Below are positions 24,201 through 37,400 of a stretch of 64,000 bases of DNA, one piece after another (positions within the stretch are counted from its first letter, which is position 1; the number at the start of each line of letters is the position of its first letter). Both the position numbers and the translations under genes were made by a program. The notes below the pieces were generated by a model. That model searched no databases. It saw only the letters and a list, made by a program, of their open reading frames with translations, and had not been told where the DNA came from. The stretch is from Octopus sinensis (taxonomy: Eukaryota), in NCBI RefSeq assembly GCF_006345805.1, contig NC_043002.1, forward strand, positions 113,770,001 to 113,834,000. The letters are read 5' to 3'.

Positions 24201-27200
24201 GCAGTTGAGGGAACCTGTGGAAGAGGTAGACCCAGGAAAACCTGGGACGAGGTGGTGAAGCACGACCTTCGAACTTTAGGTCTCACCAAGGAAATGACTG
24301 AAGACCGAGTCCTATGGAAGTGTGCTGTGCATGAGAGGACCCGGCAGGACTAGTCAGGCCATATCCCGTGGCCCCTACCTGGGACGTAGTCGATCCACCT
24401 GTGCATACCTTCCTTCTTGTGACACTTGTGAAGACCTGCTGAGGCAAGTGAAAATCAATCAAAATAGATGAACATCAATGGAATTTGTATCTTTGTGGTA
24501 CCAGTGCCTGTGGCACACAAGAAAACCATCCGAACGTGGCCGTAGCCAGTACCGCATCGACTGGCCTCCGTGCTGTGGGAACATGGTGGCACACATAAAA
24601 ACACCATCCGAAGACCCGGCAAGACTAGTCAGGTCATAACCCGTGGGCCCTACCTGGGACGTAGTCAGTCCACCTGTACATACCTTCCGACTTGTGAAGA
24701 CCTGCTGAGGCAAGTGAAAATCAAATCAAATCAAAACAAATCAAAATAGATGAACATCAATGGAATTTGTATCCTTGTGGTACCAGTGCCAGTGGCACAC
24801 AAGAATCCATCCGAACGTGGCCGTAGTCAGTACCGCTTGTGGTACCAGTGCCGGTGGCACACAAGAATCCATCCGAACGTGGCCGTAGTCAGTACCGCTT
24901 GTGGTACCAGTGCCGGTGGCACACAAGAATCCATCCGAACGTGGCCGTAGTCAGTACCGCTTGTGGTACCAGTGCCGGTGGCACACAAGAATCCATCCGA
25001 ACGTGGCCGTAGTCAGTACCGCTTGTGGTACCAGTGCCGGTGGCACACAAGAATCCATCCGAACGTGGCCGTAGTCAGTACCGCATCACTGGCCATCCGA
25101 TCGTGGCCGTTCGCCAGCCTCATCTAGCACCTGTGTCGGTGGCACATAAAAACACCATCCGAAGACCCGGCAAGACTAGTCAGGCCATAACCCATGGCCC
25201 CTACCTGGGACGTAGTCAGTCCACCTGTGCATACCTTCCTTCCTTCTTGTGACACTTGTGAAGACCTGTTGAGGCAAGTGAAAATCAAATCAAAACAAAT
25301 CAAAATAGATGAACATCAATGGAATCTGTATCTTTGTGGTACCAGTGCCGGTGGCACACACTTTGTGGTACCAGTGCCGGTGGCACACATGAGAACCATC
25401 CGAACGTGGCCGTAGCCAGTTCCGCATCGACCGGCCTCCGTGCTGTGGGCACGTAACAAACACCATCCGATCATGGCCGTTCGCCAGCCTCATCTGGCAC
25501 CTGTGTCGGTGGCACATAAAAAACACCTTCCGAAGACCCGGCAAGACTAGTCAGTCCACCTGTGCATACCTTCCTTCCTTCTTGTGACACTTGTGAAGAC
25601 TGGTTGAGGCAAGTGAAAATCAAATCAAATCAAAATAGACAAAATAGATGAACATCAATGGAATTGTATCTTGTGGTACCAGTGCCTGTGGCACACAAGA
25701 AATCCATCAGTGCCGTAGTCGTGCGGTGGGCACATGACAAACACCATCCGATCGTGGCCGTTCGCCAGCCTCATCTAGCACCTGTGTCGGTGGCACATAA
25801 AAACACCATCCGAAGACCCGGCAAGACTAGTCAGGCCATAACCCATGGCCCCTACCTGGGACGTAGTCAGTCCACCTGTGCATACCTTCCTTCTTGTGAC
25901 ACTTGTGAAGACCTGTTGAGGCAAGTGAAAATCAAATCAAATCAAAACAAATCAAAATAGATGAACATCAATGGAATTTGTATCTTTGTGGTACCAGTGC
26001 CGGTGGCACGTGGCACATAAGAAAACCATCCGAACGTGGCCGTAGCCAGTACCGCATCGACTGGCCTCCGTGCTGTGGGCACGTAACAAGCACCATTCGA
26101 TCGTGGCCGTTTGCCAGCCTCATCTGGCACCTGTGTCGGTGGCACATAAAAACACCATCCGAGCGTGGCCGTCTGCCAGCCTCGTCTGGCACCTGTGTCG
26201 GTGGCACATAAAAACACCATCCGAGCGTGGCCGTCTGCCAGCCTCGTCTGGCACCTGTGTCGGTGGCACATAAAAACACCATCCGAGCGTGGCCGTCTGC
26301 CAGCCTCGTCTGGCACCTGTGTCGGTGGCACATAAAAACACCATCCGAGCGTGGCCGTTTGTCAGCCTCGTCTGGCACCTGTGTCGGTGGCACATAAAAT
26401 CACCCACTACACTCTCGGAGTGGTTGGCGTTAGGAAGGGCATCCAGCTGTAGAAACACTGCCAGATCTGACTGGACTGGTGCAGCTTTCGGGCTCCCCAG
26501 ACCCCAGTTGAACCGTCCAACCCATGCTAGCATGGAAAGCGGACGTTAAATGATGATGATGATGATGATGATGAATTTGTAAGAAATGTTTCTTATGTGA
26601 GAGCTTGGCTCTGTAAAATGCTGGGCTTGGGGTTATGTTGAGTTTACTCTTACTCTTTACTCTTTTACTTGTTTCAGTCATTTGACTGCGGCCATGCTGG
26701 AGCACCGCCTTTAGTCGAGCAAATCGACCCCAGGACTTATTCTTTGTAAGCCCAGTACTTATTCTATCGGTCTCTTTTGCCGATCCACTAAGTTACGGGG
26801 GACGTAAATACACCTGCATCGGTTGTCAAGCAATGCTAGGGGGACAAACACAGACACACAAACACACACACATACACACATATACATATATATACATATA
26901 TACGACAGGCTTCTTTCAGTTTCCGTCTACCAAATCCACTCACAAGGCTTTGGTCGGCCCGAGGCTATAGCAGAAGGCACTTGCCCAAGATGCCACGCAG
27001 TGGGACTGAACCCAAAACCATGTGGTTGGTTAGCAAGCTACTTACCACACAGCAACTCCTGCGCCTATTGTCGTCCATTATGTTCACACTCCACTGCCAG
27101 TGTGTGATGAGAGAGGTAAAGCTATTTTTGTTGCTCAATATAAATCATTGTATCATTGAATGGGAATGGGTCTTAGATTTTTAGACATCAGATCAACATT

Positions 27201-30200
27201 TCAACACTTCATCCCATAAATGATGGAAACCATTTTTCCTCACTGAAATTGGAAGGTTGAATTTAATTTAATTGCAATCACTTTAGCCTCCATAGCAAAA
27301 ATTTAATCAGTATTCATTAGCAGGTATTGTTGTGTGGTAACAAAAGTCACTTTGCAACCATGTAGTTTTGGATTCTCTCCTGCTGCACTGCATTTTGGGC
27401 GCCTTTTACTGTAGCCTTGAGTCAACCAAATCTCTGTGAGTAAATTTGATAGAAACTGTTGAACAAAAGAAGGCCATAGAATAAATATCAGACTTCAAAA
27501 AAAGGTGGGAGAATAGTTACTGTGTTGATGTACATAATAGGATTTATTTATCTCTCTATATATAAACAGCAAAATGTCTGTGTGTGTGTGTGTATCCTTT
27601 ATACAAATCCACAATTTTTCAGTTAGAGGGCTCGCACTTTCTATGGTCATTCAAAACCATGTTGGTTGATTTGTTTGGCTAAATCCTTCAAGATGGTGCC
27701 CCAGCATGGCCACAATTAAATAACTGAAACAAGTAGAAAATAAAAGAACATATCCATTAAACATGATATTTATGCCAAGTTACAAGTGAGGATTTATAAT
27801 CAATAAAATTAATAATGTTGACAATGTTATTAAGTGAAAAACTAGTTAATTAGTTTTATAATTAGTTTCTATTTAATTAGTTTCTGAATTTTTTAAGAAA
27901 TTTTTTTTTTGTTGAAAAAAGACATACAAAATAAGGGCTTAAATATAATGAAGTTGACTTTTATTTATGCTGGACAGTATAATGCTTGCTTTTTCTGTAT
28001 AAATTTACTAAAACCATTAAATGGTTAACTACTTTTTGAAGTCTGACGTTCATGCTGATAATCACAGTCTGGGCCATATTTTACATATTTTACTCGGTTG
28101 AATAAAGTGTCATCCAAGCTGATGTTTATTGATAATTAAACTTAATTTGCAACACCTGTGCATATTTATCAGCTTTGTTTTTGTTGATAATTCTTATCAA
28201 CAACTTTTCCTGTGATCATGCTTTGAAAAGACGTACAACAGTGTGCTAGAGATCAGACATAATCTCTTGTAGGCAAGAAATGTAAAATAAAGCTCATTAT
28301 AAACAACGTAAACACTTTGTAATTTGATAGCTTTTGTGATACCTGTTAAACAGAAATTATTTTTATTTAATGAAAATTTAATAAAATCTAATCATAAGTA
28401 AGTGAAATTATGCTAAATACAACAAAATTGAAAACCTTTTTCTTCCTGCCATATTGGTAATTCTGAAAAATTTTACATGAGTAACTTTTTATAACAATTT
28501 TTATCCTGAAAATCACCTGCATAAATTACACAGGTGTGCAAATTACATGGGTTTTTATGAAAGAAATATAACCTTTATATGTAATTTTTTTAAAAGAGAC
28601 AGTAGAATTTTTATTCAAAGTGATTTAATCTATAATTTCTGGAAAAAGAATATTTTAAATTTGAAAAGAAGTTTTTACAAATGAAATAAGTAAATAAGTT
28701 TTTCATGTCTTCACTTTCTTAATGTTTTTTTTATCTTTCAGTATTTTCCTACAAACACAAATTACAGAGGAATCTGCGAGATTCTTGTCTTCCAGAGTTT
28801 GAAGGAATGTGTTGGACGAAACTTTCTGAACGTCAAGCACAAAAGAAAACTGAAACTAAAGCTATGGTCAGTATTTTTTTTACATTATACTTCTATGAAA
28901 TGTTTGTCATTTTCTTAAAATTGAATGTGGCTGGAAAAGAGACAATTGTGAAGTTAACCTTTTTAGCTCTTGGATGCAGGGGAGATAACCAGAGTCTGTA
29001 CCACAAAAATGCAAGTTTCAAACAAAATGAAATTGATTAAAAGGTACTAAGCAGAAGCTTCCAGAAATCTCTCTATATATATATAAACGGCAAAATGTCT
29101 GGGCTTGCACTTTCTATGGTCATTCAAAACCATCCAAGGGTGGTCGTGCACATTTTTACATTTCCCCAGTCACCCTGCAAAGCCATTAAAAAAATCAATA
29201 GAAGTGACTTTTTTGTGAATTTTCTATCCAAAACCCAATCAAAATGCCCAAAACTTGATACACCAATTGAATGCCAGCTAGCTGTATGTGATTGGTTGGA
29301 GGTTTGGACAGTACTCACGTGTAGGTGCGCATGCACACAGCTGTATATGCATGCACTAGCACTATGACCCGGCGTTGCTGGGTCATAGTGCCAGTTGATA
29401 TTATTTGGAATTGGAAGCCTGTCCATCTCCTACAGATGTTATATTTCTCCTACTGTCACCTGACTGAGTATCTTGCACCTTCATGCGATCGTTTTTATTT
29501 GCCACTTGGAATTTTCCATCTTCAATTGTCTCCAAGATATTCCCATTAAATCTTAATCAGAATCTTCGAAATTTACAGTATCTCATTGGTTGTAAACTTA
29601 CCCCTTTGTTTTTTGTTCCTAGAGTGTTAGGTTGCAGTGAGCCTCATAGTAAAGAAATTGGGAAAAAAATATTTCAAACAACATCTAAACACATTATCTG
29701 CAGACATCTTTAAACAAATCAATTCCGCATTGAAGATTTATTTTTACTCCAACTGAATGATGTGTTTTTAGTTTGGCTAGATTTTAAAATGGGGTTTACT
29801 AATTCCTGTTACCCTGGGATTTTGGCTGAGTGCCAAGTCTGACATTCTTAGTAAACTAAGAAGACAATCTGATTGGGTTAATCATACTAATTGTCAATAG
29901 TAGTTCTTGTGGCTACTAGTTTTAAATTGAGACGGTATTACATATTTGGAACTATTAATTCCTCTGAATTACACCTATGATAACATGTACAGACTTTTGA
30001 AATAAGGTCTGATATCTTATAAAAATTGGCTTCACTGACCACGAAGAGATAGACTATAATTTATCCTTTGTGAGTTTTGAACTGTTAAAACAAGAGATGA
30101 AAACACAAATGTAGTTTGTGATAGAAGATACAGCTATAAATACATCCCTCAAGCCAGAACCACACCACCCATAAAAAAATAAATATCCGTAGGAAAGCCA

Positions 30201-31448
30201 TCATTTGTGTTTTGATCTCTTGTTTTAACAGTTCAAAACTCACAAAGGATAAATTATAGTCTATCTCTTCGTGGTCAGTGAAGCCAATTTTTATAAGATA
30301 TCAGACCTTATTTCAAAAGTTCAACAGCCCATTGTTACTAATTTTTTTATTACTATAAGACATTACTTTTATATTATCTTTTGTTCCAAGTGTAATTTTA
30401 TATTGCAAACATTTTAGTAGAATGTTTGTGGACTGAAATAGTTCACAATACTTTGTGTGTGGCCTTTGATTTAATCTTCATCTGATTTCTTTTCCATTAT
30501 TTTCTCTAATATAATATTAAATATATCCTTCCTTTTAGGAAACAATTTTAGAGCAAAAAATACTGGATGGAGAAAATCTGGAAGATGGCTTGGAAATGGG
30601 TGCAGGTAATTTGATTCTCATAAATATGAGCTTTACTTGTGATGTGATGTTAGTAGCAAGGGTGTATGGTTTGGGTGTTGCACTTATGATCGTAAGACTG
30701 GGGGTTCTATTCTCAGACCAGGTGATGTGTTGTATTCTTGATCAAAAGACATCAGCTTGCATTGCTTTACAATCACTTAGACTTGTGCACCTGTACAGGT
30801 AACGTTGATTTGATGGAAGGGGTGAGCATAGCATAAACACTTGATCCCTATAAACAAATCGTCTGTGCATGTTGTTCAGCAAGAAATTACAGAGCTGTCT
30901 TTTTTGGACTTGAGATTACCATTAAAACTGCTCAGAGTATGAAGTGAGGGTGAACAGCTTAGAAAGGGTAACTGCTATTTGAGTGAGAAGTCTGGCAGTC
31001 GGGACATGTAATGTAAATTTTAACTCTAATAAGAACTGAAGATTTAATATTAATGGAATATTGTTAATGATGGTATTACCAAAAGTTTTTTTTTTTTTTT
31101 TTTTTATCTGCTTTGGTTTTGATATCTGGAAAATAACATCTATCCTGTTGGTTCTGAAATTATAAGAAACATCCTCACCTGACTTTTGGACATTGTTCAG
31201 ACTCTTGCCATTGGAAGCAATATGAGATTTTCCACTACTCTTTACTCTTACTCTTTTACTTGTTTCAGTCATTTGGCTGCGGCCATGCTGGAACACCGCC
31301 TTTAGTCGAGCAAATCGACCCCAGGACTTATTCTTTGTAAGCCCAGTACTTATTCTATCGGTCTCTTTTGCCGAACCGCTAAGTGACGGGGACGTAAACA
31401 CACCAGCATCGGTTGTCAAGCAATGCTAGGGGAACAAACACAGACACA

Positions 31449-31485
<37 letters not shown>

Positions 31486-34400
31486 ATATATACATATGTA
31501 CGACAGGCTTCTTTCAGTTTCCGTCTACCAAATCCACTCACAAGGCATTGGTCGGCTCGGGGCTATAGCAGAAGACACTTGCCCAAGATGCCACGCAGTG
31601 GGACTGAACCCGGAACCATGTGGTTGGTTAGCAAGCTACTTACCACACAGCCACTCCTGCACCTAGTGTAATTTATTTTTTTTAAAATCATGTCTGGATA
31701 GGTACTCAATATACTTGTGTGTTTGATCTGTGCTCTCAGAACTCACTATCCTTATTCAACATAAGTATGTATGATATTGATACCTTGACTTGATTAGATG
31801 GAAATACCATATCTTTCTTTCAATGTTGTAATTTTGTGGACCAACTCAGTGAAATCTAGGTTTTGTTCCATTACTTTTACAGTTCCCTTCTTTCTTTTCA
31901 GATTTGAATACAGCAAGTGGAGGTGATGATGATGATAATGATGACAACATTGTGGGGCCTGTCTTGAATCTTCACGATGACTTATTTGACATTGAAGATG
32001 ATTCTCCCATTACTGGTTTGTTTTTAAGAACATAAAACCTTTACTGATTATTTTGTATAATTATTTAAAGTTGGCCATTGACCAAATTGAATCATGTTTC
32101 ATCTTAGTTTTCATCTGATTTACTCAATAAGCAACTGTGAAATTTTAATTTTGTTAATTTAAACTGAGAAATATTTTGAACCAAATGTTAAATATTTTAC
32201 ACTGAGAGTTTAAACAATTTGACTTGAGCTGTAAATCTAAACCTTTGAAAATGTCAAATAGCGACAGATGAAAAATGGTTAGTTGTGGTATTGATGGCTT
32301 TCCTGCAGACATTTATTTTTTTATGGGTGGTGTGGTTCTTGCTTGAGGGATGTATTTATAGCTGTATCTTCTATCACAAACTACTTAACTACGAAGAGGC
32401 ACCTAGTGTGACAGGTGAATTGAGACAAAAAGAGTTATGTACCTTGTTAAGTGTTATAGAAATGAAACAGTTCTAAATAAGAGCAAGTTGTTAATTTAGC
32501 TAAAGGAAGCGAGCTGGCAGACACGTTAGCACGCCGGGTGAAATGCTTAGCAGTATTTCGTCTGTCATTACGTTCTGAGTTCAAATTCCGCCATGGTCAA
32601 CTTTGCCTTTCATCCTTTCAGGGTCGATAAATTAAGTACCAGTTACGCACTGGGGTCGATGTAATCGACTTAATACCTATGTCTGTCCTTGTTTGTCCCC
32701 TCTATGTTTAGCCCCTTGTGGGTAATAAAGAAATAGGTATTTCGTCTGTCGTTACGTTCTGAGTTCAAATTCTGCCTTTCATCCTTTCAGGGTCGATAAA
32801 TAAAGTACCAGTTTCGCACTGGGGGCGATATAATCGACTCAATCCCTTCGTCTGTCCTTGTTTGCCCCTTGTGAGCAGTAAAGAAATATAATTTAGCTGG
32901 CTATAAACTTACTGACACACTATGAGCTTACTACACACGTTACAAAAGATATGGTTATTTCCAAGTTTACAGGCTAATATTTGTAAGAATGCAGTATAAT
33001 CACTTAAATTCACCTGTATGACTTATTGGCCTGGAAAAATGTTAAATAAAATTGGTTCCAATGGGATTGGAATTAATCAGAGAAGTTAGAAGGTAAATTT
33101 GTAGCACTTTGGTGGGTGCTCAGCTCTTTCACCAATTCTATCGTGGTTAGGAATGGTAAGACATGAAACTTTCTCTTGGAACATTTTTCTTTGTATCATG
33201 TAAAAGAAATGAGTTCTTCGTTCTGATTCCTGTTTCACTTCAGTTATTGACATTTTGTTGACTACACGGTATTGTTTGTGAGAAAAACAGCCCATGACAC
33301 AATTCACTCTGCCAGAAATTTAGAAACAACATGCTGTACTGTTTGGCATTCATGCCGGAAGCTCCTATACGAACATTTCAGAGTGTTTGGGTGTTGGTCT
33401 GAGAATATGTATCGACAGTGATAAAAATCAAACATCCAATCACCATCGTAATGTTTGGAGTGACCACTCGTGATGGTGACGTTATGACTCCATTCATCTT
33501 CTCACACGGCCTCGGATTCAATACAGAGTGTTTTCTATAAATTTGAAACCTTGAATCCCGTGGGGCATTAATTTATGTGTCTGCAGTGGAACTCTTGGAC
33601 AATTTTCTAACTTATTGCAGAAGTAACATAACACATTTACTCAAACAAACTTGCTGAACGTTGCTATAGTTATCATGTTTTGTTTTTTTTTTCTAGAAGA
33701 ATCCAAGCGTGGTGAACCTGTGAGCAGCTATGAGCATTTGGTCCAGAAACACATTGTAAGTATTAAATTCAGCAGCTATATTTTACATTTAACCAAAAGG
33801 TTGTAAAAATGTATTTAATGTATTTAATAGGCGCAGGAGTGGCTGTGTGGTAAGTAGCTTGCTTACCAACCACATGGTTCTGGGTTCAGTCCCACTGCGT
33901 GGCATCTTGGGCAAGTGTCTTCTGCTATAGCCCCGGGCTGACCAATGCCTTGTGAGTGGATTTGGTAGACGGAAACTGAAAGAAGCCTGTTGTATATATG
34001 TATATATATGTATATATGTGTTGTGTGTCTGTGTTTGTCCCCCTAGCATTGCTTGACAACCGATGCTGGTGTGTTTACATCCCTGTCACTTAGCGGTTCG
34101 GCAAAAGAGACCGATAGAATAAGTACTGGGCTTACAAAGAATAAGTCTCGGGGTCGATTTGCTCGACTAAAGGCGGTGCTCCAGCATGGCCGCAGTCAAA
34201 TGACTGAAACAAGTAAAAGAGTAAATTGATGAAAGACAAGAAGTGATTAAAAATTCTGGAACTGATTCAGGCGTAATTCTTGCCTACAGGATTTAATTCT
34301 GACCTAATCCTTGCTTCTTGCAAAATAGGTAAAGACATGCTTTTAGGATTAGATATATGTCAGGTTCATAAATATTTAAGGCATTTTATTGAGTATTTTT

Positions 34401-37400
34401 CAGTTCATTTAATTCTATATACTTTAGCTCATCAAGCTATTTGTTTTAGATTTTAGATCTTCTAAGAATGTTACCTATGATAGTTTGGCCTTATATTTTA
34501 ATGCTATTGAGTACTAAATTAGGAGCACTTAACTTCCACATTATATTTATTTTCTTATAAACTATTCTCATTATCAATGATATTCTAATTCCACTTTAAA
34601 GGAATTAGAGAAAGAATTTTAAATAAAGACACTTGTTTTTGTCTCTTTATCGAATTTTAACCTCTCATCACCTGGTATAGAGCCACTTACATCAATACTA
34701 CATAAACCTCGGTTGTCATGTGAGTTTTCTGTTGACCTCCCTGGCACCAGTGCCACATAAAAAGCACCCAATACTCTGTGAAGTGGTTGGCATTAGAAAG
34801 GGCATCCAACCATAGAAACCATTGCAAAGCAGATATTGATGCGTAGTGCAGTTTCTATGGCTTGTCAGCTCCTGTTGACCCGTCCCACCTGTGCCAGCAT
34901 GGAAAATGGATGTTAAACAATGATGGTGATGAAAAATATGAATAAATATTGGTTTGTTCATCATCGTTTAATGTCCGTTCTCCATGCTAGCATGGGTTGG
35001 ACGGTTTGACTGGGGATCTGGGAAGCCAGAAGGCTGCACTAGGCTCCAGTCTTATCTGGCAATGTTTCTACAGCTGGATGCCCTTCCTAATGCCAACCAC
35101 TCCGTGAGTGTAGTGGGTGCTTTTTACGTGCCACCAGCACTTGTTATTTCTTAATTTTCCCCTTTATTATAATTTTCAGGAAGATTTTTATATTGGAGCT
35201 CAAAAATATGCACAGGTTACCGAGCTATCAAAACGAATTGCAGAATGGGAAGAAAAAATCTTTCCAAAACTCCAGGAAGAAGTAAGTTCTCATCTTATTT
35301 ATGAAGAAATTTCTGTCAGTGTTTGATCATTTTGTAACAGCTATTATTTTACATGCCTCAGTAAATTAATCAAACTATATAATTCAATAAATCACTCCAG
35401 TTCAACATGTTAAATAGAATGTCTATTCAACATATGCTACAAATGATTGGAAATGCATTTTGAAAAATTCTTCAGAAGGGTCTTTTAGCAAAAAGAATAA
35501 AATTTTAATGTTTGGTATTCTGTTACTTTTGCATGATTCAGTATTTAGTTGATATAATTAACTTCAATCTAATAATTGGAGTAAAACTTCAAACTATATA
35601 ACAGTTAAATCTTTCAAAATTTTTTTTTTTTTTTTTTTTTTTGTCAGGAACAACATGGACCATTTGACATTCGTGAGTATGGTACAAAGATAATCAATTC
35701 TCTCCAACTAGGAGATAAATTTCCATTAGCCAAATTAATGAGTGGGAAGCCGACATACGAAATTGGACGTCTGTTTTTATCAACATTAATGCTGGTGAGT
35801 GAACAGAACCTGTAATTACATTTCACTTAAATTCATTTAGCTTCAAGCCTCAAACGATGTAGCTTACTATTGTTTGGTGGTAGTAATTAGAATTAATTAG
35901 TTTTGAAAAGTTGTTATTTTTAGTATTTACAGTATTAATGGTATTAGATATGTCCATGTTGATATTATCATCATTTAACATGTTTTCCTTGTGGGTATGG
36001 GTTGGACAAGCCAGACAACTGCACCAGGCTTCACTATCTGTTTTGGCATGGTTTCTTATGGCCTTAGAGAGTGGACTGAGTGAAATTATGAATCTTAAGA
36101 GCATAACTTCTTAAGTGGTTTGCTGGAGATTTTCCTGCCACTAAAGTAATTTGTCAACAAAGTTATGTATGTTTTGTTCATTTAAACATGAAAAAAAGAC
36201 TGCTTCTATAGTTGCCATATTTGGTGCTTTAAATCATAAAGGATGTACAATTCATTATTAACATTACTGGTTTATTGTACATTAGTTCTCTCTAATACAT
36301 ATTCATGCACAGTCATGTCGTTTCTTAAAATCATTGGTCAATTTATAAGATTCTTGATTATCCATCCAAGGATCGCATATCCTCAAAGTAAACTCTCACC
36401 AGATACTTTCTCAGTTTCTTCTCATCTATTCCCTGTACACTACTGTGGACATGTCGTGGAAATTTGCCAAACTAGATTATATTTATAATTAAATACCTCT
36501 CAAGCAATGCAGCAAACAATATGATGCTATAATTTAATGAACAAAATTTGACAATGATATTGGAGGACATTAAAAGAAAGAAAAAAAACAAGACCTGGTA
36601 TTTAAGAGGTTAATTTCTTTTGACTATGAACAAAACTGGACAATGAATAATACATTTCTAAGAATGTTTAACAGTATACGTTGTTGGAAGCACTCCGTCG
36701 GTTACGACGACGAGGGTTCCGGTTGATCATGAAATTAACGATTAAGTGGCTGAGCACTCCACAGACACATGTACCCTTAACGTAGTTCTCGAGAATATTC
36801 AGCGTGACACAGAGAGTGACAAGGCCGGCCCTTTGAAATACAGGTACAACAGAAACAGGAAGTAAGAGTGAGAGAAAGTTGTGGTGAAAGAGTACAGCAA
36901 GGATCACCACCATCCCCTGCCGGAGCCTCGTGGAGCTTTAGGTGTTTTCGCTCAATAAACACTCACAACGCCCGGTCTGGGAATCAAAACCGCGATCCTA
37001 TGAAACCGTGAGTCCGCTGCCCTAACCACTGGGCCATTGTGCCTCCACAACAATATACGTAAAGGGAAATTGAAACCAGATTGTAGATTTGGTTTCATAC
37101 AAGCTTAACATCTGGATAAAGACCAACCATGTTGATCAAATATTGTAGAGCTTGTATGGGGACTGAGAGTACTAAATTTTGTAACTGAAATGTTTGTACT
37201 TATGTCTCCCTGTTGCATCAAACCTATACTAATTTAAGAATTTTACTGAAGGGCAACAGCTGCTATTGAACCTGCAAGCAGAGTTGAAATGTTCAGACCA
37301 AATAGTGCTCTCTTACTTAGATACGAGGCCCAAATATTGTATAGGGTTGAGGGACAAAGATGCTGGTGGATTTGAACTCAGAATGACACAATTAAATACT

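Larger units (their letters stand above)
22158..26574 (+). mobile_element. Young 5'-truncated RTE-clade LINE: open RT ORF without APE endonuclease, plus expanded 3'UTR ending in (TGA)n
   Basis: Uninterrupted frame 22158-24353 with RT motifs ([37 protein letters not shown] at 23400, [19 protein letters not shown]). Terminal CCATGCTAGCATGG palindrome and (TGA)n tail. Starts ~18 nt into an NCAPH2 intron; no TSD seen. Confidence 0.95.

Noticed and set aside
24775-26400. CRISPR-like look of the palindromic repeat plus linker arrays
   Set aside because: Linkers are themselves repeated, there are no cas genes, the context is eukaryotic, and the arrays are part of the RTE 3'UTR.
28145-28545. ~25-bp inverted match (AATTTGCAACACCTGTG / CACAGGTGTGCAAATT)
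   Set aside because: Possibly an ancient Tc1-like relic, but too short and AT-rich to define ends.
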